In this document: positions 21,949 through 32,017 of the stretch, one piece after another
Position numbering within the stretch: position 1 is the first letter of the stretch
How the letters are laid out: each line of letters begins with the position of its first letter
Source: Planctomycetota bacterium
Lineage (GTDB): Bacteria > Planctomycetota > UBA1135 > GCA-002686595
DNA length: 64,000 nt
Reading direction: 5' to 3'
NCBI GenBank assembly: GCA_044359355.1
Contig: JBIKMH010000014.1
Location: forward strand, 1 to 64,000
Notes under the pieces: model-generated
What the model was told of the DNA's origin: nothing
What the model saw: only the letters and a program-made list of their open reading frames with translations
The model's database searches: none
Position numbers and translations under genes: made by a program

Positions 21949-24404
21949 CAGCGCAGGTCGATCCGCGCGACCTCGCCGGTGAAGACCGGCAGCGCCAGTC
22001 GCCTGATTTCCGATTCCCCCCTGCGCAGGACCAGCATGCGCGCCGTGTCAGGGACCCGGATGATCGGCAGCGCGCCATTCTCCAGCGGGGCTCGCGTTCC
22101 AGCGGAGATGGCTCCTGGCAGCACCATCTCAAGCTCCATCACCTGGCCACTTTCATCCAACAGCATCACGTACTCGAAATCCGAGGTACTCGAGGCCAGC
22201 AACTGCAAGGTGCGCAGGCGAACGACGGGGATCGTCACCTCGGTTCCCATGCGCTCTGCATCGTAGGCGGTGCTGGTCGGCTTGATTGCATTGCGGTCGT
22301 TGACTCCGATCGACACGCCGCTGCGCGGAACACTACGCAGCACGATCCGGCCGTCGGCATCCGTCGTGCCGCGCAGGTGCATCCTGTAGACCGGTCCTCC
22401 ATCTAGCGTGCCAATCGGAGCTTCGAGCTGAACCTTGGCGCCGCTGACCGGCTGGTTCTGGCCATCGACCACGCGCACACGCAGTTCCGGAACGGTCGGA
22501 TCCTGCGGCAACCGCAGCACGAGACCGCTGGTGCCCGGCCAGGCAGCATCGCTCTCGACGCGCAACATGCTGCCGGGCTGCAGCGCGTAGATGCGGTAGG
22601 CACGGTTGGCGAGACCCCCGATGCGGAAGGCACCGTTGGCATCGGTCCAGATCGGATCGGCGGACTCGGCACTGAGTTCCTCCAGGGTGGCCGATGAGTT
22701 GCCCCAATCACTGGGGTTGCACAGGCCGATCTCCCAGCCCACGCAGGCGCGGCCCTCGGCATCGACCACCACACCCGTAATGGGAGGCAGGGGCCGCTGG
22801 AGGACGATCTGCAGATCTTCCACCCCGGCACCCGGCTCGCGCAGGCGTTCGGCAATGCCCTGCTCGATGTGAGGTTGCCAACCGCGCTTGGAGGCGCTGA
22901 GTGTCCAGCGGTCCTTGAAGTAGCTCAGGGCCATCCGAAAGGACCCATCCTTGCGGGTGGACACGAAATCCTGCCCGAAGCACACGCTCGCGCCCTCCAG
23001 AGGAAGTCCGTCGGCACCGCGCACGGTTCCCGCGATCACGCGCTCGGCCTTGCCGTCCCATGGCCGCACGACAATGCGCAAGTCCCCGGTCTGGCCAGCC
23101 GACAGATCTCCCGAGCCGTAGACGCCACCCTTCCTGGCCGTCAGTGACGTCTCGAGGAAAAACGGGACCTGCTTGAGCTCAAAGCGGCCGTCACGGCCAG
23201 ACTCGGTGGAGCGCCGCGGAAAGCGATTGCCATGACGCAGAATGTACTGGTTGGCAGCTTCGTTGGACCGGCGGAACCACCACTCCACATCTGCACCGGC
23301 CACGGGTTCGCCGTTCTCCCGGACAACCACGCCGCGCAGGTCCACCGCCGGCGCGACGAAAACCAGGTGATCCCCGCTCGATTCCTCGGGGAATTGCGCC
23401 AGGATCGTCAGGTCCGGCACGGCCAGTTCCGCCTGTCCGTCCTTGCCGGGCAGAGAGAAGACGTAGCGTCCCTCTGAATCCGTGCGCGCCTTGCTCTTGA
23501 GCGGGCCCTGCTTCCAGCCCAGCTCCAGATTGGCGAGCGGGGTGGAATCGAGCGCCAGGACGCGTCCGCGAATCTCAACGCGCGGAGCGATCTCGACCTT
23601 GGGTCCCCGCACGGCGGGAGCGGGCGGCATCGCATCGCGCCCGGGCAGACCGGTCCTCTCGAGGTCCGATGCTTCCTGCACCTGCTGAAGGGCTCCACCG
23701 GAGACCGGCTCCTCCATACCAGGGAGCTCGGGCCTACCCTGCCCATCAGCCGACCACACGGCCACGACCACCGCCGCCACAACGCCAACAGCTCCAGCCA
23801 GAATCCACTTCATCGACATGAGAATCACTCCAAGGCTTGTGCTCACCGCGAGCCCTGCGGCAGGAACGCCACGCTGGGCCAGCGGCAGGAACGCAAGGCA
23901 CCATGCCTCCCGATTGCCGTAGCGCACATCCAGTTCACCGCGCAACTGACCGAGTCCTCGCTGGATGCGAGTCCGCACGCTCGCCACAGGTGTCTGTGAG
24001 CGCTGCGCGATCTCCTCGGCCGAAAGACCTTCGTAGAAGCGCAGCAGCAGCGTCGTGCGGTAGGGCTCGGAAAGCTTGAGAACGCGCCCTGCGAGCTCCC
24101 GCTGGCGTTCCGCCAGTTCCACGAGTTCCGAGGTGCTCGGCAGGGCCTCGTCACGGGCAGCCCGGCTCTCGCGATGCCGGATGCGCTGCTCAGAGCGGCC
24201 CGACTTGCGCGCCAGGTTCTGCACGACTCGCGTCAGCCAGCCGCGCAGGTTGCCCTGCGCAGCCGGCGGGGCCTCCAGGGCCGCAAGGTAGGCAGCCTGA
24301 GCGACATCTTCCGCGCGGGAAGGGTCCCGCACGAGGCGATGCGCCAGGGTGTTCACCCAGTCGGTGTGCTCCAGGAGCTGTCGAAGATCGAGGGCGGATG
24401 CCAT
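21948..24404 (-). CDS. ECF sigma factor fused to a transmembrane helix and an extracytoplasmic domain of ~5 CarboxypepD_reg-like repeats (sigma/anti-sigma-like fusion)
   Basis: Single 818-aa frame. Sigma region 2 (RAEDVAQAAYLAAL...GWLTRVVQNLARK) and region 4 (LSEPYRTTLLLRFYEGLSAEEIAQRSQTPVASVRTRIQRG), then TM MKWILAGAVGVVAAVVVAVW, then repeats (IRGRVLALDSTPLAN...TDSEGRYVF; LRGVVVRENGEPVAGADV...SGRDGRFEL; IAGTVRGADGLPLEGASV...; ITGVVVDAEGRA...TDANGAFRI; LRVRVVDGQNQPVSGAKV...TDADGRIVL). Confidence 0.7.
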   Translation of the reverse strand: MASALDLRQLLEHTDWVNTLAHRLVRDPSRAEDVAQAAYLAALEAPPAAQGNLRGWLTRVVQNLARKSGRSEQRIRHRESRAARDEALPSTSELVELAERQRELAGRVLKLSEPYRTTLLLRFYEGLSAEEIAQRSQTPVASVRTRIQRGLGQLRGELDVRYGNREAWCLAFLPLAQRGVPAAGLAVSTSLGVILMSMKWILAGAVGVVAAVVVAVWSADGQGRPELPGMEEPVSGGALQQVQEASDLERTGLPGRDAMPPAPAVRGPKVEIAPRVEIRGRVLALDSTPLANLELGWKQGPLKSKARTDSEGRYVFSLPGKDGQAELAVPDLTILAQFPEESSGDHLVFVAPAVDLRGVVVRENGEPVAGADVEWWFRRSNEAANQYILRHGNRFPRRSTESGRDGRFELKQVPFFLETSLTARKGGVYGSGDLSAGQTGDLRIVVRPWDGKAERVIAGTVRGADGLPLEGASVCFGQDFVSTRKDGSFRMALSYFKDRWTLSASKRGWQPHIEQGIAERLREPGAGVEDLQIVLQRPLPPITGVVVDAEGRACVGWEIGLCNPSDWGNSSATLEELSAESADPIWTDANGAFRIGGLANRAYRIYALQPGSMLRVESDAAWPGTSGLVLRLPQDPTVPELRVRVVDGQNQPVSGAKVQLEAPIGTLDGGPVYRMHLRGTTDADGRIVLRSVPRSGVSIGVNDRNAIKPTSTAYDAERMGTEVTIPVVRLRTLQLLASSTSDFEYVMLLDESGQVMELEMVLPGAISAGTRAPLENGALPIIRVPDTARMLVLRRGESEIRRLALPVFTGEVARIDLR

Positions 24405-24457
24405 GGGTTCCGGGCTTGCAGTCCCGCAGAAGACAAAAGTGATTCGGGGATTCTGAC

Positions 24458-24494
24458 AAAAAAACCAGCCCGCCGGGTCACACCCGGCGGGCTG
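24458..24494 (-). terminator. Rho-independent terminator of the subtilase (pseudo)gene
   Basis: On the minus strand: CAGCCCGCCGGG-tgtga-CCCGGCGGGCTGG, a 12-bp perfect stem followed by TTTTTTT. Coordinates verified against codons of an overlapping frame. Confidence 0.65.
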
Positions 24495-24520
24495 CAGTTG
24501 GGCTCAACCCGTGTTGACGA

Positions 24521-25565
24521 TCAGAAGCCGCTCACGTTGAGACGGCCGCCGGTAACGCATATGCCCGAGAGCGATGCGGTCGGAACCGCGCTCGAGAGGA
24601 TCGCGTTCTTGATCTGCGCCGCACTTGCGCCGGGATTGCTGGCCGCATACAGGGCGCAGGCACGCGTCACGTGCGGGGTTGCCATCGAGGTGCCGCTGTA
24701 GGAGCCGTACTTGTTGCCCTGCGCGCTGGGCAGCGTTGAATTGATGTTGGAACCCGGTGCACCGATGTCGACCGTCGTTGCACCGTAGTTCGAGAAGCTC
24801 GGTCGCGCAACCGTGCTCGTGATCGAGGCGACCGCGATGACGTTGGCATTGATATCGTTGGATGGATAGTTGGCGAACGCATCATGGTTGTCGCCCACGC
24901 CGTCGGCACCGCCGTTCCCCGCTGCCGTGCAGCACAGGATGTTGGCGTTGTTGGCACGCTGGATGGCGTCCTACAGCGCCTGGGAGTAGCCGCCACCACC
25001 CCACGAGTTGTGGGTCGGATCGTAGGGGGTTGGTCCAGAAGTTCGCGAAGAGATCCTGATGGGACTACTGCGCGCCTTCGTCGACAACGCCGACGAAGAC
25101 GGATGACGAACCCGTGTGATTCACGGCCCAGGCCTCGCCGGCCTTGCGTCCGTACTGTTTGGCGTGCGTCGTGGCATCGCCGTACATACCCCACAGGTTG
25201 CCCTGAGTGTAGTCGTTGTCGTTGGATACGGCTCCGTGCGTATGGATCCAGTTCGGCTCCGCAAAGCGCACCGACCCGTGACGCTGCGCCATGGCGACCC
25301 CGCGCGTGACGGTCATGCCAGGGGGCAGCTTCAGCAATTCGACGACGCCATGGCCCGGACGTTCCATCTCGGGGGGCGTGATGTCCTCGATCAGATTGGC
25401 CCAGATCAGCATGCGGGCCTGGTCGCGCATCGCCTCCGGGATACCGGGCTGGTAGGCCACCAACAGTTCGTCACGGACAAACTGACCATCCGTGGCGGTA
25501 TCAGCCGTGGCTTCCAATGGAGTCTGCGCCTGCGCGGTGCACAAGCCGAAGGTGGAAAACAGCAC
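24521..25565 (-). pseudogene. Subtilisin-like serine peptidase (S8) disrupted by two in-frame TAG stops and a frameshift
   Basis: N-terminal piece (ORF 25065-25565: signal peptide, propeptide, VGVVDEGAQ*) and C-terminal piece (ORF 24521-24898: AAGNGG...GTSMATPHV catalytic Ser motif). The intervening ~170 nt carries the HQDLFANFWTNP motif in one frame, YDPTHNSWGGGGYSQAL*DAIQRANN in another, and a C5 run at ~25015. Confidence 0.7.
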
Positions 25566-25791
25566 TGAGGACCAGGGAAGAACGAAGAAGCATCTGCGTC
25601 GTTCCTTGGAGGGAGAGGGACCCTCGAAAGTTCAAGGACGGGAAACAGTCCCGCCGCGCTCGACCCTACTCCCAGGCGACCAGCTCCAGGGGAGGGATTT
25701 CGTGTTTCCAGCCCGACACTTTCCCAAGGCCGGATCGTGATCAGTTCATGCGAGATGCAACGAACAGTCGACGGGCTCTGCCAATCTCCGT

Positions 25792-28700
25792 TCAGTTGAA
25801 TAGAAGTTCGAGATCTTTCCGGCTGAGGGTCGAGGGCGACTGCTTGTCTGCTCCCAACAGGCTCTCGGCTACCACCCGTTTGCGCGCCTGCAATTCGAGC
25901 ACGCGCTCCTCGATCGTGTCGCGCGCCACGAGGCGGTAGGCCATGACGCTGCGGGTCTGGCCGATGCGGTGCACGCGGTCGATGGCCTGCATCTCGACCG
26001 CCGGATTCCACCACGGGTCGAGCAGGAACACATAATCGGCGGCCGTCAGGTTGAGACCGAAGCCGCCGGCCTTGAGGCTGATCAGGAACAGCGTGCAGTT
26101 CGGGTCGCTCTGGAAGTGCTGGACGCGCTCGCCCCGGTTCTGCGTGGCACCATCGAGATACTCATAGTTCCAGCCGCGCGCATCGAGGTTGGCGCGCAGG
26201 ATTCCGAGGAAGGAGGTGAACTGCGAGAAGACCAGGGCCTTGTGGCCGGAGGCGGTGACCTCTTCCAGCATCGAGAGCAGCGTCTCGAGCTTGGCCGAGG
26301 AGTCCCCCACGCGCTGGGGATCGATCAGTCCCGGATGGCAGGCGGCTTGACGCAGGCGCAGCAGCGCTTCGAGCACATGCGCATCCACGCCATGCTCACC
26401 GAGTGCCCCGTTCGCCAGCGCCTGGCGGTAGTGAGCGTGCAGCTCGTCATATTCGTTGCGCTGGCGGCCTTCGAGCGCGCACAGGAGCGTCTGTTCGGTC
26501 TTGGAGGGCAGATCGATCAGCACCTGCTGCTTGGTGCGGCGCAGCAGGAAGGGCCGCAGCGCCTGCGAGAGGCGCTTGAGCGCGCTTTCGTCGCTCGGCG
26601 GCAGCGCGGAGCGCGCATCGATCGATCGCAGCGCACCGAGGGAGCCCAGCATACCCGGGTTGAGGAACTCGAAGATCGACCACAAATCGCCGAGGTGGTT
26701 TTCGACGGGCGTTCCGGTCAGGGCGATGCGCGAGCGGGCCTTGAGCAGCCGCACGGACTTGGCGGCGAGGCTGGCGGGGTTCTTGACGGCCTGCGCCTCG
26801 TCGAGCACGACGCAGTCAAAGTCGAGCTTGGACAACTCCTCGATGTCCTGGCGCACGGTGCCGTAGGTCGTGACGACAAGGTCGTGCTGCGGGATGCGCC
26901 GCAGGCGCGCGCGGCGGTCGGGGCCGGTGTATTCGAGACACAGGATACTGGGCGTGAACTGCTGAGCCTCCCGAAGCCAGTGGAAGCACAGGGAGCGCGG
27001 CGCGACCACGAGCGTGGGCTTGCCCTGCGAACCCTGCGCGCCCTGCGCCTCGCGACGCGACTCGAGGTAGGCAAGGATCTGAACCGTCTTGCCCAATCCC
27101 ATGTCATCGGCGAGACAGCCTCCGATGCCGAGCTCGTCGAGGAAGGCAAGCCACGCCAGCGTCTCGCGCTGGTAGGGTCGCAGCTCTCCGCGGAAGCCCG
27201 CGGGCACCTCGCGCGGTTTCAGCCCTTCAAAGCGCAGCACGCGGTCGCGCAGTTCCGTGAACTCGCGATCCAGCGTGACGCCCTCGCGCCCCTCCAGCAG
27301 CGCATCGAGCACCCAGGCCTGACTGCGTTCGAAGCGCAGCGAGTCCTCGTCGGCCTCGCCGAGGCGCTCGAACAACTCCCAATCCTCAAGCCATTTCTCG
27401 GGCAGGATGCCGATCGAGCCGTCGCCGAGCTTGACCGTGCGGCTTTTCTGGCGCGCGGCTTCGAGCAGCGCGGGGAAGGAAGCGGTCTGGCCCTCGAAGT
27501 CCATCCCGCCGCCGAGTTCGAAGAACTTGATCCCCGACTTGACGTGAAACTTGACCTCGCCGGGTCGCCGCCAGCGCAGGCCCTCCGCGTCGACGCCCCA
27601 GCCCTTGTCCAGCAGCACACGCACGAGATCAACCAGCTTGGCGGGGTCGACGCAGGCGTCGCGATCGGGACCGTACTCGGCGGCTTCGACGCCGTTGGCG
27701 GCCAGCAGTTCCGCGGCGCGCGCGCGCTCGATGTCAAAATCGCGGTGGATCAGCGTGGCGAGCGAGCCATCCTCGCCCGGAAGCTTCAGCAGCGCGACGT
27801 CATCGCTGGAGCGCACGCGCAGCTTCCCGTACTCGAAGAACAGGCGTGCATCGAGCTTGTCCGACCGGGCCTGCTTGCGTCCCACGAGCAGTACCGGCTT
27901 GGGCGGGGCCTGTCCCGCCCAGCGCAGGCCGGCCGCCGTGACGATCGGCGTGCCGCGGGCCTCCAGCAGCGTGCGCAGCACCTTCGACTCTTCATCCAGA
28001 GGGGCGCGCAGGGGCCCGTTGCGCCGCAATTCCTCGGCCCAGGGCATGCCCTCATGGGCGCACAGGCGCGCCACGTTAGTCTCGGTCAGAAACCAGCTGG
28101 AGCCGATGAACAACCAGGGCTCGTCGATGGACAGGCGCTCTTCGCCCCGCCGCAGCGAACCGGTCAGCACGCACTCGCCAACCTCCTCGTCGCGGCCCAG
28201 ATCGAAGCACAGTTCCCAGGGCGAGCCCGCATCATGCTTCAGCGGCGCGCTGGCCTTGCGATCCTCCGATTCGAGGTACAGCCGGCCGGTCGAGCACAAC
28301 AGCGGCAGGAGGATCTCGGCCTGCAATTCCTCCAGAGGAGCGGTCAGCACGGGCACGCGCGTGCTGCGCGCTCCCGACTTCGAGTGAATCAGCTGCAGGT
28401 TGGGCTGCAGCAGCGCGAGGATGCGCTCATCTTCCGGGTGGCGCGCGGGCGCGGCCTTCCAGAGCTCGAGCTCGAGCGGCTTGCGGCTGCCAAAGCGCCC
28501 GGTCTTGAGTCGGCGCTCCACGTGGATCCGCACCACGACGCGCACGCTGTTGAGGCTCTTGTCCGTGCCGATCAGATAGACGATGCGCTCGTGTCCGGGC
28601 GGAACGCCGTCCCAAGGGTCGCGCTGCCTTCTGGCCCGCGCGGGGGCAAGGTCGAGCAGTCGGTCCTTCCAGCTGAGCAGCGGCGCGGGCAGCGCGTCCT

Positions 28701-28989
28701 CTTCCTCGTCGATTTCCAGCTCGGTGCGCGCCAGAATCGCCGCCCACAGGTGGGCGCAGGCATTCTTGTCCGGGAATTCGGCACAGGTGCAGGCCGCCTC
28801 GGTGCGCGCCTGCCCGGCCGTCCAGCGCAGCCCCACGTCGTAGGTGCGGCCGTCGCTGACCTCGCCCAGCAGAAATCCGGGTTCCTGGCGCACCAGCTTC
28901 ACGGCCTTGGCCACGAGCAGGCGGGCGCCGCGGTCGCGCATCTCGCCGGTGAACGCGGAGGCCAGCTGGTCGGCAAGTTGGGACGACAT
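25792..28989 (-). CDS. SNF2-family helicase with N-terminal SWIM zinc finger
   Basis: SWIM CTCAEFPDKNACAHLW, SNF2_N DDMGLGKT...DEAQAVKN, helicase-C (LVFSQFTSFL...QAIDRVHRIGQ). Confidence 0.9.
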   Translation of the reverse strand: MSSQLADQLASAFTGEMRDRGARLLVAKAVKLVRQEPGFLLGEVSDGRTYDVGLRWTAGQARTEAACTCAEFPDKNACAHLWAAILARTELEIDEEEDALPAPLLSWKDRLLDLAPARARRQRDPWDGVPPGHERIVYLIGTDKSLNSVRVVVRIHVERRLKTGRFGSRKPLELELWKAAPARHPEDERILALLQPNLQLIHSKSGARSTRVPVLTAPLEELQAEILLPLLCSTGRLYLESEDRKASAPLKHDAGSPWELCFDLGRDEEVGECVLTGSLRRGEERLSIDEPWLFIGSSWFLTETNVARLCAHEGMPWAEELRRNGPLRAPLDEESKVLRTLLEARGTPIVTAAGLRWAGQAPPKPVLLVGRKQARSDKLDARLFFEYGKLRVRSSDDVALLKLPGEDGSLATLIHRDFDIERARAAELLAANGVEAAEYGPDRDACVDPAKLVDLVRVLLDKGWGVDAEGLRWRRPGEVKFHVKSGIKFFELGGGMDFEGQTASFPALLEAARQKSRTVKLGDGSIGILPEKWLEDWELFERLGEADEDSLRFERSQAWVLDALLEGREGVTLDREFTELRDRVLRFEGLKPREVPAGFRGELRPYQRETLAWLAFLDELGIGGCLADDMGLGKTVQILAYLESRREAQGAQGSQGKPTLVVAPRSLCFHWLREAQQFTPSILCLEYTGPDRRARLRRIPQHDLVVTTYGTVRQDIEELSKLDFDCVVLDEAQAVKNPASLAAKSVRLLKARSRIALTGTPVENHLGDLWSIFEFLNPGMLGSLGALRSIDARSALPPSDESALKRLSQALRPFLLRRTKQQVLIDLPSKTEQTLLCALEGRQRNEYDELHAHYRQALANGALGEHGVDAHVLEALLRLRQAACHPGLIDPQRVGDSSAKLETLLSMLEEVTASGHKALVFSQFTSFLGILRANLDARGWNYEYLDGATQNRGERVQHFQSDPNCTLFLISLKAGGFGLNLTAADYVFLLDPWWNPAVEMQAIDRVHRIGQTRSVMAYRLVARDTIEERVLELQARKRVVAESLLGADKQSPSTLSRKDLELLFN

Positions 28990-29045
28990 GGAACGGTGAG
29001 GATAGGCTCCGACGGCGGGAGAGTCGACCGATAGAATCCGGCAAC

Positions 29046-29873
29046 TTGCGCATGCCTGCCCGGGAAAGAGTCATCGCCGTCGACTGGTCCGGCGCCCTGC
29101 GCGGAGCGGAGCGCAGGATCTGGTTGGCGGAGCACGGCGAGCGCGGGCTCGTGCGTCTGGAAGCGGGCCGCAGCCGCGCGCAGCTGACGCGTCACCTGAT
29201 CGAGTGCGCCGAGACCACGCCCGGCCTGCTCGTGGGACTCGATTTCGCCTTCGGCTTTCCGCGCTGGTTCGCCGAATCGCGGGGCCACGCGGACGGCCGG
29301 GCGTTGTGGGCCGAGGCCGCTGTCGAAGGCGAGCGTTGGCTGCGGGATTGTCTTCCGCCGTTCTGGGGCAGGCCGGGCGCGCGGCAGCCACCGCCCGATC
29401 CCGCGCGGCCCTCCTGGCGACGAACGGAGACCGAGGAACCTGCAGTGCGCGGCATCCGGCCCAAGTCCGTGTTCCAGATCGGCGGAGCGGGTTCGGTAGG
29501 CACCGGCTCCCTGCGCGGCATGCCGCATCTGGACGAATTGCGCCGTGCGGGCTTTGCCATCTGGCCTTTCGATGCGCCCGGATCAGGTCCGGTCGCGATG
29601 GAGATCTATCCGCGGCAGTTCACCGGTCCCCTCGCCAAGTCCGATGGCCTGCAGCGCGCGTTGCATCTCGCCACCCGTTGGCGCGAGCTCGCAGCACCCA
29701 TGCGCGAAGCCGCCGAGTCCAGCGAAGACGCCTTCGACGCCGCGCTGTCGGCGCGCGGACTGTACGCTGCCCGGGCGCAGTTTCCGCCGCCACCCTGGAG
29801 CGAACCCGCTTGGGAGCGCATGGAAGGCCGCATCTTCAGTCCCCGACTCGATCCTTTCCTGCGTCACGCATGA
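29046..29873 (+). CDS. DUF429-like protein (predicted RNase H-like fold)
   Basis: VIAVDWSGA...RIWLAE N-terminal motif. Its stop overlaps the downstream start (ATGA). Confidence 0.45.
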   Translation: MRMPARERVIAVDWSGALRGAERRIWLAEHGERGLVRLEAGRSRAQLTRHLIECAETTPGLLVGLDFAFGFPRWFAESRGHADGRALWAEAAVEGERWLRDCLPPFWGRPGARQPPPDPARPSWRRTETEEPAVRGIRPKSVFQIGGAGSVGTGSLRGMPHLDELRRAGFAIWPFDAPGSGPVAMEIYPRQFTGPLAKSDGLQRALHLATRWRELAAPMREAAESSEDAFDAALSARGLYAARAQFPPPPWSEPAWERMEGRIFSPRLDPFLRHA

Positions 29874-32017
29874 AACCGCTCCACGCATGGCTGCTGATGC
29901 TGGTGGCGTGCCTGGCGGGCCTGCTGCCCGTGATCGGTCGCGGACATGTGTTCTTCGCGCACGGCAACGAACTCGAGCTCGGCCTGCCGGCCGAGCCTCA
30001 GGGCGAACTCGCCAACCGCAGGCTGTCGGACCAGAGCGCGGCCTTTGCACCCGAACTGGCGCTGCATCTGTCGGCGGAACATGACTCCTGGACCGCGCTG
30101 TGGAATCCGCACGTGCAGCTCGGACGCCCGGCGCACCACACCGGCGGCATGAGCAGGGCTTTCTGGCCCACGCATGTGCTGTCGTGGTTTCACTCCGATC
30201 CGCTGGTGGTGATGAGCGCGCTGGTGTGCCTCACCCTGCTGCTCGCCGCGGCCTTCGCTTTCGGGATGGCACATGAACTCGGCGCCCGCCCCCTCGCCTG
30301 CGCCGCGATCGGCGTGGGTTTCGCACTGTCGCCCTTCGCGGGCTACTGGAGTTCCTTTCCGATCTTCCTCAACGGACCGTGCTGGACGATGGGGCTGTTG
30401 TGGAGCGCGGCGCGCTTCCTGCGGCGGGGCGATGCGGTCAGTGCGCTGGCTGTGGTCATCTGCAGCCACACACTGATCGTCGGAGCCTATCCGCAGGCCG
30501 TCGTGTGGAGTCTGCAACTGGCCCTGCCGCTGATGCTGCTCTGGGGCTGGCGCGCCGGATGGGGAGCCTCGCTGCGCCTCGCCGGACTGGGGCTGCTCGG
30601 CGTGCTCAGCACGCTGCCGCTGCTGCTCGATCTGCTGCTCGCGGCGCAGCGCTCGGCGCGGCTGGAGGCCGAGCTGGGATTCTTCACGCAGGTGCTGCCG
30701 CGCCCGCAGAGCCTTGCCGAGTGGGCGGCTGTGGCGGGTGCTTGGGTCGACAACGCGCTGCAGGGCAATCCGCTGCGCGACGCGCGGCCGGCGAGCTTCG
30801 TGTGGAGTGCTGCGCTGACTCCCCTGTTCGCCTGCCTCGCCCTATGGGCGCTGCGCCGACGCATGCAGCCGGAGGCATGGATCCTGATCGGTTCCGTGGC
30901 GCTGATCCTGCTCGCGAGCCTTGTGCCCGGGGTCTATCGCTTCGGCTGGGAGCACTTGGGCTGGTCGCTGTCGCGCTTCGTTCCGCTGGGAGCGCTGCTG
31001 GTGCCGGGGTTCCTGCTGGCGGCGTTGGGCGCGCGTCACCTGCAGTCCGGCGACTGCCCCTGGTGGCTGGCGCTGCCGCCGCTCTTCTGCCTCAGCCTGA
31101 GCGCCGCGCTCACGGGCTTCACGCCGGCGGGACTGATGGTCAGCCTGTGCGGAGTCGGCTGGGCCATCGCCTGCGCCAGGACGGGCAGCGAGCGCCTCTT
31201 GTTCGCCGGCGCGGCGCTGGGCGGCCTGTGGTACTGCGGACTGCACTGCCTGCACCGGCCGGCCGCCGCGGTCGCGCGCCACTCGCCGCTGGTCGACGCG
31301 GTGCGCGACGTGACGAGCGACGGTACGCGGATGGCGTGGATCGCCGACGAGCCACCACGGATTCTGCCGCCCAATCAGGAGAGCTGGCTGGGCCTTCGGA
31401 GCGTGCACAGCTACGACTCGCTGTCCTCGCGCGCCTATCAGGAATGGTGCGCCGCGGTCAGCAGCGAAGCAGCCCGTAACTACGGTCGCAAGTTCGATCA
31501 CATCGAGGGTCTGGCGGGCCTCCGCACGGAGGCTTTCCGCAACGCACGCGTCGGGCTGGTGTTGAGCACGCAGGACCTGCGCGCACTCGGCTGGCGCAGG
31601 CTCAGGTCGCTGGGCGCGATCGGCCTGTGGAAGCCGGCTGACACGCTGCCCTTCGCGCGCATCGAGGGCGCTCCCGGCGCGGGAAGCGTCCGCGCCGAGT
31701 CCTCGGCGCCCGAGCGCATCACGCTGACCGTCGACGGGCCCGAGGAAGAGCTGCTGATCGTCCTGTCCCAGCAGGAGCACCCGCAGTGGATCGCGAAGAG
31801 CGCGGGCCGCGAGCTGGCGACCGGGATCCATCAGGGGCTTTGGCAGACGGTGCGCGCTCCCAAGGGCCGGAGCGTCATCGAGCTGGAGTTCCGGCCCTGG
31901 ATGCGCTGGATGTGGGTTCCGCAGCTGCTGCTGGCGCTGGCGTCGCTGTGGCTGCTGGCGCGCTCAAGGCTGCTGCGCCAACCACGCGCGCCACGCCTCG
32001 TCGAAGGACAGCGGTGA
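29870..32017 (+). CDS. Large polytopic integral membrane protein (hypothetical; YfhO/GT39-like topology)
   Basis: ATG at 29870 (MKPLHAWLLMLVACLAGLL), 715 aa with more than 12 hydrophobic helices and a C-terminal soluble domain with a final TM. Confidence 0.55.
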   Translation: MKPLHAWLLMLVACLAGLLPVIGRGHVFFAHGNELELGLPAEPQGELANRRLSDQSAAFAPELALHLSAEHDSWTALWNPHVQLGRPAHHTGGMSRAFWPTHVLSWFHSDPLVVMSALVCLTLLLAAAFAFGMAHELGARPLACAAIGVGFALSPFAGYWSSFPIFLNGPCWTMGLLWSAARFLRRGDAVSALAVVICSHTLIVGAYPQAVVWSLQLALPLMLLWGWRAGWGASLRLAGLGLLGVLSTLPLLLDLLLAAQRSARLEAELGFFTQVLPRPQSLAEWAAVAGAWVDNALQGNPLRDARPASFVWSAALTPLFACLALWALRRRMQPEAWILIGSVALILLASLVPGVYRFGWEHLGWSLSRFVPLGALLVPGFLLAALGARHLQSGDCPWWLALPPLFCLSLSAALTGFTPAGLMVSLCGVGWAIACARTGSERLLFAGAALGGLWYCGLHCLHRPAAAVARHSPLVDAVRDVTSDGTRMAWIADEPPRILPPNQESWLGLRSVHSYDSLSSRAYQEWCAAVSSEAARNYGRKFDHIEGLAGLRTEAFRNARVGLVLSTQDLRALGWRRLRSLGAIGLWKPADTLPFARIEGAPGAGSVRAESSAPERITLTVDGPEEELLIVLSQQEHPQWIAKSAGRELATGIHQGLWQTVRAPKGRSVIELEFRPWMRWMWVPQLLLALASLWLLARSRLLRQPRAPRLVEGQR

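Noticed and set aside
24521-25565. TAG readthrough or amber suppression explaining the two in-frame TAGs in the subtilase.
   Set aside because: TAG is used as an ordinary stop by intact genes in the window, and the gene also has a frameshift and a probable internal deletion.
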